From positions 2,103,812-2,167,811 of the forward strand of contig NC_092675.1 of NCBI RefSeq assembly GCF_964355755.1: a stretch of DNA of 64,000 nucleotides. Direction: 5' to 3'. The position numbers and the translations under genes were made by a program. The first letter of the stretch is position 1; each line of letters begins with the position of its first letter. Positions 1 to 13,100 of this stretch are shown here, in pieces. The notes under the pieces are model-generated. The model had not been told where the DNA came from. It did not search any database and saw only the letters and a list, made by a program, of their open reading frames with translations. This DNA comes from Antedon mediterranea. Lineage: Eukaryota; Animalia; Echinodermata.

Positions 1-104
1 TGATGTCAGTCTCGCAATAAGTAGATAAGATACATATTATTATTAAGTTATTCTGTTACTTCGTCTACCTAAAATTAGAATTTTGGCATAATTCAGTAAC
101 CTAC

Positions 105-3100
105 CCATGTTGTATTACGTAGTACTCGTCGTTAGTTGAATCAGTTGGAAGGGCTTTGCAATTGTCTGTGTATAAAACCACGTCTTCGTCAGAAATATCT
201 ACACTCAAAGCAAAGTACATCATGTCACCAATTCGAGCTATAACAGGCTCTTGCTTCTCAGAGTCAAACGTTTCGTCCTATATAGATTTAATAGAGAAAG
301 GTTTTATCAAAGAAAGTGTACATTCCATAGGTTTTGTATTTCAATTATGTTAGTAACTTAAGATGTAACTTCTAATTGAAAGGGATTGACATTAAAAAAA
401 ATTTCCACTGCGAAGTAGTTTGATTTTCATGGTTACTGTACAGCTGACATAGTTTTTAAACATTACGTCCATAATATAATGATGAAAACAATATTTGCCT
501 TATACGATTATAACCAATACAAACAAAATATAAAGACACGGAAGGATCTAAGAAAAAGAAGGTAATGATTCTTCAACACCGTTAACTCAAATCCACTATT
601 CAATATTGATAAATAGTATGTAGGCCTAAATTTGTATTCAAATAATTTGGTTACTTAAGGAAAATTGATTGCAAATTTCACTGGAGTAACATTTAAAAAA
701 ATGTCATTAAACATTTGAAATGAACACTATTACAGAAAATAATCTTTAAAAAAATCCCCCTTTTCAATAATATACTTTATTATATTACATTAAAGATGTA
801 TTGTCCAAAATATTAATAATGAAAATTGATTAGTTTTAATAAAGTTAATCACTTCCATAGAGAAACAAGGCCATATAGATGGCTGCAGTCGCGTGCTCGT
901 TAGTGTTTACCGACCGACCGACCAACCTACCAACTGACCGAAATTACTGAACATGGTTAAAAATGTTGAAATGTTTAAAAACATTTATATTTTTTTAATT
1001 TACACGTGCGTAGCCTGTCACTTTTGACGTGCTCGTATAACGTAATTTCGAGTTGAAAAGTAAGTCAAGAAAACAGAAATCGGGCAAAAAGCGTGCGCAA
1101 TAACATTTAAAGCGCAGTGCGCGCGCAAAAATCTGCGCACTCATGGCAATTTTGTAAACGCTTAAAATTGCCTGGAACGTACTCTTATTTCATCGAAAAT
1201 AAATTTTAAAAATTTTAAGCGCGCGTACGCATGCGTTACATGCGCTACGCACGTAATTGTATTGCCATAATTTATGATGATTTATGCCCTGAAATTTATG
1301 AGTACCAAATTTTATTTAATTGTGATTTATGGTTGTGAAGATATGATTACAAACGTGATTTCGTTAAATCGTGCGTAGACCGCGTAGATTTTTTTTCGCA
1401 CCGTGAAAACATAACCACATCGATTCCTGGCCATAAGGAATATACTGTGAAAAATTGACTTAGCTAGATTAAACTGATATCAAGATAAGGTCAGAAAGCG
1501 ATAAAACGCATAGTGATACCGGACCGACAGACAGACCGACCGACATAGTGAACTATAGAGTCGCGTCCACGCGACTAAAAAGGGTGAAATAACAAACTTT
1601 TGTTCGACCAAAATTTTGGTCAAGGTGGATAATAAAAATGATGTGATTTCTAATGATATATTCAACAACAAACATTGCAAAGAAATATTTAAGAGGGAAA
1701 ATATATCGTTTCGTCATAATAACCGTTCAGTGGTTTTACCTCATAAAAGTTCATGTGGAAATTGAAGTCTCCTTTACCATTGGCTCCAAAAGAAATTCTA
1801 TCGAATACTGGCAAAAACTCATTACTAATGCTTGACTTTTTGCTAAAGCTACAGGTTACTGGTATAGAAACGTCTTTCTTTCTGATAATATCGTCAGTTC
1901 CCGTATTAGAGCTTCTGATTAGGTTCGTATAAACAATCGCATCATCCTTTTCCTGTATGATTTTTTAGAAAGCAAAAGGAAACATTGGGGAAAATATACT
2001 CAATAGTAAATATATCAAATTGAAGTCTTAATCTTTTTTCCCAGATGTAACGTACGGAACCATCGTTTCTTCAAAAGTTAAATGGTAGCATTAATCATTA
2101 AGCTTGGTTCCCACTAGGGAGACGCAACGTAAGGGCATAGACGAATCGCAAGCGAATAGACCAATGAAAAGCGACAGTTGGAATAATCCATCGCTTTCGA
2201 TTGGTCAAATCACTTACCGTTGCGCTCACTTCTTTGCGTTACGTCCTAGTGGGAAGCAATATTTAATGCAAGCACAACAAGTTGACCATAACAATTAAGC
2301 TGTGGATTATGCAGACAGTAAACTCGCTAGCGTTGCGCTTACGTCATTGTTTTTCGTCCTAGTGTTATAAACCAAGCTTTAAAGAAAAATATAACAAGTT
2401 TAGATCATAATACTACCTGAGATATCGTTCCGCATGTTGTAGGTGTAAACGTAAATGTGACGTAATTGTCGTTGTACGATCCTTTACAACTCGGGTCATA
2501 GAGCCGTAAGCCAGTTACATCAGCATTCCCAAAATTATCCTTTGGTATTTGGACAGTAATTTGATCTTCTGTACAAGTAACTACTTGTTCTGAAACATAG
2601 TTAAAATAATTCGGAAATTAAACCCATATTTTAGTCATTTCATTTATTTAAAATCTTCTTTATAATTAAATCCAATGCGAATGGGACTTTAAACTTTAAC
2701 CTCGGCTTACACTTACCGTCTATTTCATGATTTGGTAAGCTGGTCTGAACAGGTTCTGGAATTAGCGTTACGTCATCGGTTTCCGAGTCTGTTACAAACA
2801 CTAAAAAAAAGTGATTTTCCACTATTTTACCGAACTATGACCAATGAACTGAAATGACCGCCAAACCCATTACTCAGCAAATTTAAGTTAGTAAATTGCA
2901 CAGTATAGTAAAATTGAACATCAATAATAATACAAGGATGTGGTTATGAATGTAGTTAGATTTCCGAGAAATAAAAAAATAAAATATATTCTAGTAGATT
3001 TTCGGGGTGATAATTAAAATGTAGATTAGTAACCAATAGGGGAATATTTTGATCAAAGTTCCAACCACGTGGGACGGGGAGGGAGAGATTCGACAGGCTG

Positions 3101-6100
3101 CTTTATAATTTGGTTTTTACAAATTGTCGAAAGTATGTGCGAGGTTGAGTTGAAACCAACTGGACCTTTAGAGTAGGTTACTTAAAAAATAGACTGTTAG
3201 CTAAAAATTATGACCTGATACTCAATGAATGTGAGTTTAGTTACTAGAAAACTTCATTGCTGCTTTGAAAATTCGATGCAGGCATATGGGCCTAGTAGTT
3301 CTACTGATACTGTGATGTATAACTAATTTGTTATAAATTTCTACAGCAAAATAAATTTACCACCAGTGCTTCCCAATTCACCACCAGTGCTTCCTAATTC
3401 TTCAGTTATCACTTCAACGATTTCTTCAAACTCTGTCACAAATTGTGTGACTGGCTTGACAGTGTGTTGTACATCGTGATCTGTGAAAACTAAACCCACA
3501 AGAAAATCATTTTGTTACCTGACCTCATATCTTCTTCTATAACTTGGTTTTGTGATGCCATAATTATATTACCTTTTGAAACAGTTATTATTGACTTTGA
3601 ATTAAATGTAATGATAGCTAACGCAATATCACACACGCCAGATACCCATCGTCTATATATTATGATTGTGATATCAAAATATTATGAGGCTCAAGCTTAT
3701 AATTTGTGGTAAAGACTACGTCTTTAACAAATATTTAAAAGACGATAATTAATAGCTTTGAATTGAATGATATCTTGGTACTGCAATATCACACACGCCA
3801 GATACCCATCATAGATACTTACATCATATAAACATAATCATAAACAATAAGTACAAACCTATTTGTTCAGTAGTCGGTTGTTCTGTATTTAGGTAGATCG
3901 TTTCCTCTATTGATGTAGTGGCAACTGGCTCGAGATTATACTCTGTGGTAAAGACTACGTCTTTCGTCGTAGGCATCGAAGTTGTAACATCTGATTAATT
4001 AAAACACATTTAATTGCGCTTGCAATTGTCACTATTAACATCTTTGTTATTATAGTTTTCACTATTATTCATTTATTTATTCATCTTCTTTATTTTGGAA
4101 TACCATAATTCCATACTTTTTCCATAGAAAAAACTACATAACTATCATAATCATCGCCATCATCAAGGTATCATTTATGATTAGAAGCACACCCATGACG
4201 TAAGTTCGATAACGTTGGTCCATTGCTAGAAAACCATACGTATGCCATTGATTCTAATCATGAATTTCATTTCAAGTAAAAATACGTGTTTGCTTCTACA
4301 TTTTAATAAACATTTTTTTCCCTTTTTTTTTACATTTTAATGTCTCTCTGTGCATGTTTAATTTTAATAGGTACCATTTTAATTTAATTTGTAACTAGCC
4401 TTTGGCCACGAGATGTTACACATAGATGTTATTGCATTTAATAAAAGTAATATATAACATTTGACTGGAAAATGTTCTATAGGATAGCCTACAGTACTTG
4501 TAAGTAAGTGTTGCCTACTTTTTCGATTTTGAGAGGCATGGTATTCATTGTTAATCAACTTATAGATTAAACTGTTTGTTATTGTTTTCTTTTTCAATTG
4601 AAAGAAGAAATGTTTGGTTGAATAACCGCAAATATACTTACCAGCCGGACATATATGCGAATTGATTTTGACAGAGTCGATTGCTACATCTCCAACGTAA
4701 GTATTTCCACGAATTCCTTCAAAAACGACCGTCGTTCCTCCAACCGTCACCATAAAAGATACCTCGGCCTTCATCCATTCATTTCCTTGTTCACCATGTT
4801 CACTCCAGATGAGATCACCGAGTTCGTTCTCTTCATTGGCTAGGCGTACTGCTAATGATCCGATGTCAACTCCTCGCATGTAGTACCAAAACGATAGACA
4901 GTAATAAAAGCCGACGTTATTTAGTGGTTCACTTATTAGTCTGGCCGTGTCGTAGTGTCGTCTTGGCGATGAAACTTCAATATAGATGTAGTTGTTGCCT
5001 GCGCATTCAAAAACATTACAAATAATAAAATAAGAGTTATATATTTCAGTACAATTTGAAGGTCCAAGAGTTTGTTTCATCAGGAAGATGAATAAATGAA
5101 ATTCAAAAGATGAACAAATACAGTTCGAAATATTTCTTTCGAAATTATCTTGTTTTATATATTATCGGTATAATATATTGCATTATATATTACATACATA
5201 TTATAATAGAATAAAAGCCACAATTAATCGATACATTTAGGTATAAACTATTTACAAAAAAATAAAAAAAATTATGGAAAAAATGAACCTAATTGTTTAA
5301 AATTAAGATATAAATGAAAAATAAAAATGGATTTCTAAAGGTAAGCCTAAATGTTCCGTAATCCTAAATGTTCCGTAATCTTACATGGTAACGGTATTGA
5401 TCCCTGATAACCATTGCTAGGCCCTGTTCCAGAAGAGGGTGTGTCACCGCATCTTCGAGTCCAATCGAAGTCATCTCCAGTGTCTTGGGTCCAACTACAG
5501 AATGACTGTTGGAAATCACACCATATTTCTACAAGAGGAGATATAGTATTCAAATGTAATGATATCTAAATTTACAATTTAATTGAATTGCACTAATTTG
5601 TATGCATTCTGTTAAGAATTCAACGCATGTTTCATTTTCCCGAATTATTGTTTCGATTGTGAGATAGTCTTTACATTAGTTTACAATTTGAATCATATCA
5701 TATTATTTATACCATCTTTTCAAATTATCTAGTAAAATGTATTCAAACAATAGAGTAATGGGAAACAATCAAGTACAATGATTAGATATGTGATATTTCA
5801 ATAATTCTATAGAAATACTTACATTAATAATAGGGAAAAAAACAAAAAGACAAAATATTGAAAGCTTAAGTTGCAAAATATTAAGTGTATAATAAACTTA
5901 AAATATGATAAATTATACTTTATAAAATAAGATAAATTCTTCTTAACGCTACGTTTAAAGAAGTTAATGTTAATTAATAATTGACTACAAATTTCCAAAA
6001 GCAGATATTTTAAAAGTCTAACAAAAAAGATATATTTGATATGAACAGGATACATAATAACAGCCACATATTAAAAATATAAGAACAAAAAATTACTTAT

Positions 6101-6528
6101 ACAGAATGGAAATTGAGCAAGCCGATGCTCCTTGTATTTATAACAATAAGGAAAGGAGTAGTGAAAAAAAATACCCTCTTCGTACTCTCTGCATATATCT
6201 GGTTGAAATAGAAACGATCATCAATAGGCCTATAAGGAAATATTTGACTTGTTGTGGTACACCACAACATTCTTAAAAGGAAGTAGGCAAAGTTGAGATT
6301 GCTTTACTACAATAGTCTTCTGTATAAACTGGAATTACTACAGTATGAATTCTCGTCAGTTCACATGAAAAAAAAACCACTTAAACAATACACTCCTTTA
6401 GCTCTACTACTACTAAAAAACTCAATATGTGAGATGCATAATAACTTTAAACAATGTTTACCTTCAGATTTCGACAGTGAAATTACAAAAAGAAAAAGAA
6501 AATGTAAGATCAACTTTTTTGGTGCCAT
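105..6528 (-). CDS. Secreted or membrane MAM + Thr-rich + zona pellucida (ZP) domain protein; multi-exon; 3' end lies beyond the left edge of the window
   Basis: Minus-strand exons with GT-AG ends and matching phases: 6528-6462 (signal peptide [22 protein letters not shown]), 6198-6097, 5528-5385 (MAM start [24 protein letters not shown]), 4998-4642 (MAM: [11 protein letters not shown]...[10 protein letters not shown]...C), 3990-3859, 3480-3361, 2788-2717 (Thr/Glu-rich linkers), 2589-2417 (ZP-N: [14 protein letters not shown]...LYDPSC...TCGT), 1952-1740 (IVYTN...IPVTCSF...[12 protein letters not shown]), 277-105 (ZP-C: [14 protein letters not shown]...YYVIQHG). Confidence 0.88.
864..1581. mobile_element. 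Non-autonomous Helentron/HINE (DINE-1-like) element
   Basis: Starts AACAAGGCCATATAGATGGCTGCAGTCGCGTG, has (CCGA/CAGA)n microsatellites and ends in the palindrome AGTCGCGTCCACGCGACT plus an A-run. Related copies at about 6909-6997, 20150-20250 and 45287-45695. Confidence 0.6.
2101..2378. mobile_element. PIF/Harbinger-type MITE
   Basis: Terminal inverted repeats AGCTTGGTT...AACCAAGCT flanked by TTA on both sides (2098-2100 and 2379-2381). Related partial copies near 41505 and 53947-54094. Confidence 0.65.
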
Positions 6529-6908
6529 GTTGGTACGACCACTCGGAGCTCACGAAGACAAATGAGTATTATTTGAGCGTTGATTAAGTTAGGCACAACG
6601 TGCAAACTTACACTCAATCTTCTTATGTCTCATATATTAGCCTCTTGAGTTTATTTTGCATTCTAATTTGAAAACCAACGCAGGGTTAAAGTGTCCGCTT
6701 TCGTTCTCCCGCACGGGTTTACTTTGGTTCAACGACATCTTTATCCAAGACCTACTTTTCTAAAAACAATTGTTAAAAAAAAGTATAAATGGTTTGTATA
6801 GGCATTTTATTGATATGAATGGTCTATTTGCTTAAACAATGTATTTCTATTAAAATCTACCCACATGTGGATTTACTTAGATATAGTAATTATTCCGGCT
6901 TAAGTTTA

Positions 6909-6997
6909 AACAAGGCCATATAGATGGCTGCAGTCGCGTGCTTAAGTTAGTGTTTCCCGACTGACCAATCGACCGACATAGTGTGCAACTAAAAAAA
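6909..6997. mobile_element. Short internally deleted HINE copy (same family as 864-1581)
   Basis: AACAAGGCCATATAGATGGCTGCAGTCGCGTGCT...CCGACCGACATAGTG matches both ends of the 864-1581 element. Confidence 0.6.
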
Positions 6998-7034
6998 CAT
7001 TTTGTTTAATTGAGAAACACATAATAATAATGTC

Positions 7035-7545
7035 GCTCTGTATTCACTATCAACATTTTTTGAAAAAGGAAATGTGATGTGGCCATATATGGACATGATG
7101 ATGTCATATCACTACCATATTTGGGCATGCATTTTCATAGTTTTTAACAGTATTTTTAAATGGTATTTTAACTTTGCCTTTTGCAATTTGATGTATTTTT
7201 CTTTGTTGTTTTATTGTCTTAATTATGCCAAGCAAAACGAATTTCCATTTTAAAGTGGACCAATACAATTTCTTGAATCTTGAATCATTACTAAAATAAT
7301 TCTTTAGATATCTTTAACTGTAATTTCTCTCAATTTAAATGTATTATTAATGAAATTATTTAAATAATCTTATTTACCTTTTTGTATATATTTATATTGG
7401 CTTATATTTATAGTTTAGTTATTTTATTTTCTACCTGTTATTGGTGTTTTAAACTGCTGGCTTGAAATAAAGAAGGAAAGGATTACTACCATTGGGCACA
7501 TCACACTTTTTTTCTAAAACTAGTTTGATAGTGTAGACAGAGCTT
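7035..7545. mobile_element. Split copy of a palindromic MITE family (TIR AGCTCTGTCTACACTATCAAACTAG)
   Basis: Degenerate left half at 7035-7130 and right half ending ...CTAGTTTGATAGTGTAGACAGAGCT at about 7545. Other copies at 10745-10802, 19059-19205, 42827-42970 and 54603-54720. Confidence 0.55.
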
Positions 7546-7803
7546 AAGAAATATGAACATGACATGTCCGGTCCTGACTTTGTATTTTTGTCTGCCAGGT
7601 GTGTTTGGAAAATCCAGGCCCCATGTTTCACGTGACCAGTACGGTTATCTCCAAATTAAGTTTACCAGCGTGAGACAAACCAGGTACCTGTTTCAATTTC
7701 AAAAACAACACAAATCCCAATGGCCAGTATTATTGCATCGTATTGTAACCTATAACTTCTTCTTGATAGGGGGCATCGGTTAACTTAGCCATTATTTATA
7801 AAA

Positions 7804-9353
7804 CTAGATGGCACGCTCGCTTCGCTCGCGTACCATCTAGGTCGTGCCCACAGATGGTTCTCGAATACACAGTATTTCCAGCGAGAAAAAAATGGAGATT
7901 TCAAACAGTGTACGTACCGCAGGACTATAATACATATTGTCGTTTACAGAAACGAATAAATATACACAATGATTTATGTAGTCAACCAAAATTAGCACCC
8001 TGGGAATTACTTCCGAGAGAAAAACAAAATGAGTCAAATTTTTTTATTTGGACTCATTTAAACAAACCCAATTTGTGTTTTGTATGTAACATTAAGGGTT
8101 GAGGGATGGGGGAGAAGATGGGTACAAAGAGGAAACATTTTAAAATATATTCTTATCCACTCAGTAACGAAATATTGTTTTTAATGTTTTATAGGCCTAT
8201 AAATAATATACCACTAAATACAGTAAAACATTTACGATTTAATACGGTACTTTGTTAAAACTCTCACTGTCATAGTCGATTGAAATAGTAAAGTACACCA
8301 CAACGACGTTTATATATTTTTAAATTATTAATTAATACAAACGTTGAGAAGCAACTGTCAGTAATAACATTTATTTATTTGTATATTATATGTTTATAAT
8401 CTAACAGTAGGGCCTACCCACACTCACAGTAATAAAGTTTATTTGTATATATTTTTATATTACATCTAACAGTACCAACACTCACAGTAAGAAATTTGCG
8501 ATTCAAATTGTGATCAAAAGTGGTTAATACCTTAACAGTATTGTACAGCATTGCAATACTATTTATGTTTATTCTCCAAGGGGGCCCATAAATCTAAATC
8601 TATACCTCTATGGTTAAACCAAATAATTTGGAATGTTTATTTCTATATTATATGTTTATAATCTAACAGTAGGGCCTACCCACACTCACAGTAATAAAGT
8701 TTATTTGTATATATTTTTATATTACATCTAACAGTACCAACACTCACAGTAAGAAATTTGCGATTCAAATTGCGATCAAAAGTGGTTAATACCTTAACAG
8801 TATTGTACAGCATTGCAATACTATTTATGTTTATTCTCCAAGGGGGCCCATAAATCTAAATCTATACCTGTATGGTTAAACCAAATAATTTGGAATGTTC
8901 CATTCATCACAAATCAATACATTTGTAAAAACGTATATTAAATGTATCAAAATAGTATTTTTTAAAGAAAATCGGCCTGTCTTCAACATTATGATGCTGT
9001 ACTCGAACTGTTCAACCGGTTTTCAGCTATTAAAAACAATTATCGTAGGAGGAGATAGGAAAATGCGAAGCCTCCTCGCATTTTTGTGGCGGGTATTTTT
9101 CAAGACGGACATCCATTAGACAGTGTATACCACGATCGGAAAACACCCCTATTTGGGGCAAATCGTTGAACCTAAATTCGTTTTAATCGTCAATAACTAA
9201 TTATCTAACTTAATTTAATTAGTAAACAGGGTTACATCAGGTGGTTAAAATCAGTACCGAAAGTACCAACCAACTTTATATACCACCGTGTAAAAATTCT
9301 AGAAGTAAGGCGCGATTTACCGAATTTTGCCCTTACGTAAATTTATATATAGA
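7804..9353 (-). mobile_element. Non-autonomous Helitron
   Basis: On the minus strand it begins A|TC at 9353 and ends CTAG|T at 7804, with no TSD. A terminal hairpin CTAGATGG-CACGC...GCGT-ACCATCTAG spans 7804-7839. It contains an internal 262-bp direct duplication. Confidence 0.7.
8374..8899. repeat. Near-identical tandem duplication, about 262-bp unit x2
   Basis: TATATTATATGTTTATAATCTAACAGTAGGGCCTACCC...TTTGGAATGTT occurs at 8382 and again at 8644. Confidence 0.9.
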
Positions 9354-10155
9354 TAAGTTTACATCGTGCAGAGATAGTCTGAATAGATGAATAGAAAGTT
9401 ATTTCGTTCTTTATATCTGAAAATAAAACTTTTGTAGATTATTGTAGTTGTGGTTTATGATGATCGAATCTTGTAAATTATGGATAAACATGTTTGCAAA
9501 TTATTTGTCGGGGAGTAACTTCTGGCCAATCACCCATTAAGTCATTCATTTTATAAATGAGTAGTAGTGGGCTGTTTAGAACATAATACACATATTGCGA
9601 TTACGCTGGACGAGTAGCACTGTCTACCCGTAAGTCCATCAGCTGTCAGCGATTCTATACAATTATTTTATTAGAATAACGATTTGAGGCGGCGTTCATA
9701 TTTTCTCTCTGCCTCAGATTATCATAAATAAGTGTAACAGAATACACACATTAATGTCTCAATTTAAAAGTAGTTTTAGCATCAATTTTCAATTACCTTT
9801 GTAGGTAGAAAGCGCGGCGAGCGTGTACCAAAAATATAGTCAACTCTGCAACCAACAATTTCATAACAAATTATTTTTTAATTTGTTCACGAATGGTTTT
9901 GAGGAGATGAACCGGCGGTCAGGTAAGGTAGTTATTAGGTAATAGGTTTTGCTGAACCGTTTTACGGAATCTTAGAAGTCAATGTTGTATTTTGGTTTAA
10001 ATAGGCAAGTAACTCAGCAGTAAACATTATTATTTTAACGACCGTGAGTGTTATTATAGTTCGTGGATATACACATTTATTATTATTATTAGTAGTAGTA
10101 TCACATTCTACTGAATACTGTACGTGTACGGTGAGGACGTTAAAGAAGAGCAGAT

Positions 10156-13100
10156 ATGTTTCAGTTTAGAAGTTTGCCAATTTGTATTTATCTATGTATG
10201 TTGTGCTTGTTTTGCCGGATTAAAGCAGGTATGCTTTCATTAAGTTTACTCTGGTTTCATAGTTTAATTCATCTTTTTATCTTTCGATTATCAGGTTGTT
10301 TAAAATGTTTAAAAAACTCTCTCTACCTTTAATTTAGACGCAATATTTAAAAGTAAGATTAAAACGTATTGAACTATTTGGTAAAACAACAATTTCATAA
10401 TGGTAATGATAATGATAATTCTAATGATACGGATACTGATCCTGATTTAATAATACTACTACTAATAATAATAATAATATAGTTATTTCACTCTTCCCGT
10501 AATTGTTTTATATTCAATAGAACCCTCTTGTGATTTCGATGATGATTTCTGTGGATGGGAAAACATTACGGGCCTTAGTTCTCGTAATACACATTGGCAA
10601 CGTTCAAACGGAAAAACAGATGAAAACATTTGGCCAGGTCCAGGTAGGTTTTGTTGTGTTTGATACATTAATATTAGAATATAAACAAAATAACTATTGA
10701 CAGGCGAAACAAAGAAACGTGTTTGGGCCATGAAACGAACGATTACCATATTTGGGCACATCGCACTTTTGTCAAACTAGTTTGATAGTGTAGATAGAGC
10801 TTTACAACATACTTGTTTATTTACAGGTGATGAATATGCTTTTATCAAAAAGATTGGATCTCGGTCGTACTTAAAAGGAGATATAAAGACTACTAAGATA
10901 CCATCGTCTTGGGGTGATTTCTGCGTTAATCTTAACTATTATTTGAGTGATGGCAAGGATACATTAGAAATTTACCATATTTTGAATAATGATCCTGAAT
11001 CGATTGGAGAGTGTAAATACATAAGTACGGAATGGCAGAAATGTGATATCACCTTTACTACGGACAATACTTCAGGAGCTGAGAACTATATAAAATTCCA
11101 TGGAGAAACATATACAAACATTGTAGCTATTAACAACGTTAATATCAGTAAGGGAGCATGCCAAGGTAAGTCGTACTAGGCCTATATTGTAGTGGAAATT
11201 ATTTATTTACCATACAAACAAAACAAATTAACCAATACAATGATGACCATGTTGAAGATGAACGACACAAGTAGAAAGAAATTACACTGACTGTCTCTTA
11301 TAGATTATAGCCATAGAAATTTAGTTCCCTTTTGTATTGCTTGCCACTTACTTTGTTGTTGTTTTTGTGTTTATTATGTTTATACAAAACATAATAAAAA
11401 TAAAAATAATGCCAGTGTTATTACATTTCTGAGACCTACATCAATCTAAAGTATGTATGCTAGACTCTAGAGGGTACGCGAGCGAAGCCCACGACGGATG
11501 GATCACGAATAAAAAAAATAAATACTCATGAGAGTTTGAAAAACACTTATATACAGGGTATATCGTTTTCCCTAAAGTCGTTTTACTTTGATTGAACCGA
11601 ATTTGCGCTTACTTACATTTATAGATTTGTATTTTGGTTACATACTACACTTACAACAATAACAGAAAATAAAAATTTCTTAGCGTATATCTGACCTTAC
11701 ATTTTTTTTTAATGATTTTAGATTCACCTGTTACTACTACAACAGACTTTTCTACTACCTCGTTGATGTCTACTACCTCAGATCAACCTGGTGATACTGT
11801 TTCAGTTGGTAAGTTGTTTACCCATGTATCCTAAAATAGAAAAGATTAAAAAAAAAGTTTGAGGTTTGATTCATATTTTATGAAATAAATAGTATGAGTA
11901 GAACACGTATTATGAGACAACATTATTTTTTTTTTTTATTTTTTTTTTTATTTTATTCAATCGAAACCAACAGCGATAATTACCGCCACTAACAGGTTTT
12001 GATACAAACAAAGCCAGGAGAGTTTAAAGCACCTTGATTGGTCCTGACATTGATCAAGGGCTTCTCTCGTCCAGTGCCCACCTTGACCAGAGGTCTGAGG
12101 CAGATACTAGATGCAGGGGCTGCCATAAGAGTCAGCAGTGCTGATTTCAAATGCCTAACGGGACCCCAGCTCCGTACAGCACCCGCTATTCCCAGATGGT
12201 CTCCCATCCAAGCTCTAACCAGGCCCAACGTTGCTTAACTTATATTCGAAAGGCTATTAATATTATTATTCTACACCTATTATACCTTCATTGTTTCTTT
12301 GTTTATTCACAATTACAATTTCAATTATATTTACAACAACATCACCCAGCATTCAACAGTTCACCACTTGTCAGTTTGGTAACTTATTATTTAAATGCAT
12401 CTACATATACATACAACATGCAAAAAAAAATATGTACAAAAAAGTACAATTGTCGATTGCAGATTTCTTTATAGTACTTTAAGATACGTCGTTCTATATA
12501 GATATATTAATAATACTATTGTTTTTTATTCCACTACAACAGTCTTTCCTACTACCAAGGTGATTTCTACTGCCTCACATTCGCCTGATTATACTACATC
12601 AGTCGGTAAGTTAAGATTTTGTTGAACCATCTATCCTATGATATACTACAATACTCTATACCCACACAGGTATACTTTACATTTTAGTTTCATCGTTCGT
12701 GTTTCGGTAGTAAATTAACAAAAAGATAGGTGGTTCTATAAATGCTTGTAATATTAATGTTGTTGTTGATTCCACTACAGTAACTACAGTCTTTCCTACT
12801 ACCAAGGTGATTTCAACTGCCTCAAAATCGCCTGATTATACTACATCAGTCGGTAAGTTAAGATTTTGTTTAACCATTTATCCTATAATATACGTTCTTA
12901 ATGATATTTCTCCACGTCTATACTTTACATTTCAGGATCTGTTTTTCCTCACAGATTGAAATTTATGTTTTGTATGAATCTCACAGAAGGAATCTATCGG
13001 TACTAACTAAAGAACCTAATTAATTATTGAAATCCAACTGATCTAGTTTTTGTTCTTAAATATGTTTACGGATTATAAATATTCATTCATTCATTTATTT

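Noticed and set aside
3600-3965. Short duplicated blocks (GCAATATCACACACGCCAGATACCCATC; TGTGGTAAAGACTACGTCTTT) suggesting an extra exon
   Set aside because: Partial local intron/exon duplication without usable splice sites.
6097-6198. Apparent signal peptide with a premature stop ([18 protein letters not shown]), suggesting a pseudogene
   Set aside because: Wrong frame. The true signal exon is 6528-6462, and this exon is open in the phase-1 frame that joins it to the MAM exon.
12168-12240. Functional 5S rRNA gene
   Set aside because: The first ~48 nt of 5S are missing, and the sequence runs into a SINE-like body rather than a T-run terminator.
11989-12474. Overlapping 66-107 aa ORFs
   Set aside because: They fall on the SINE and adjacent intron and show no protein-like features.
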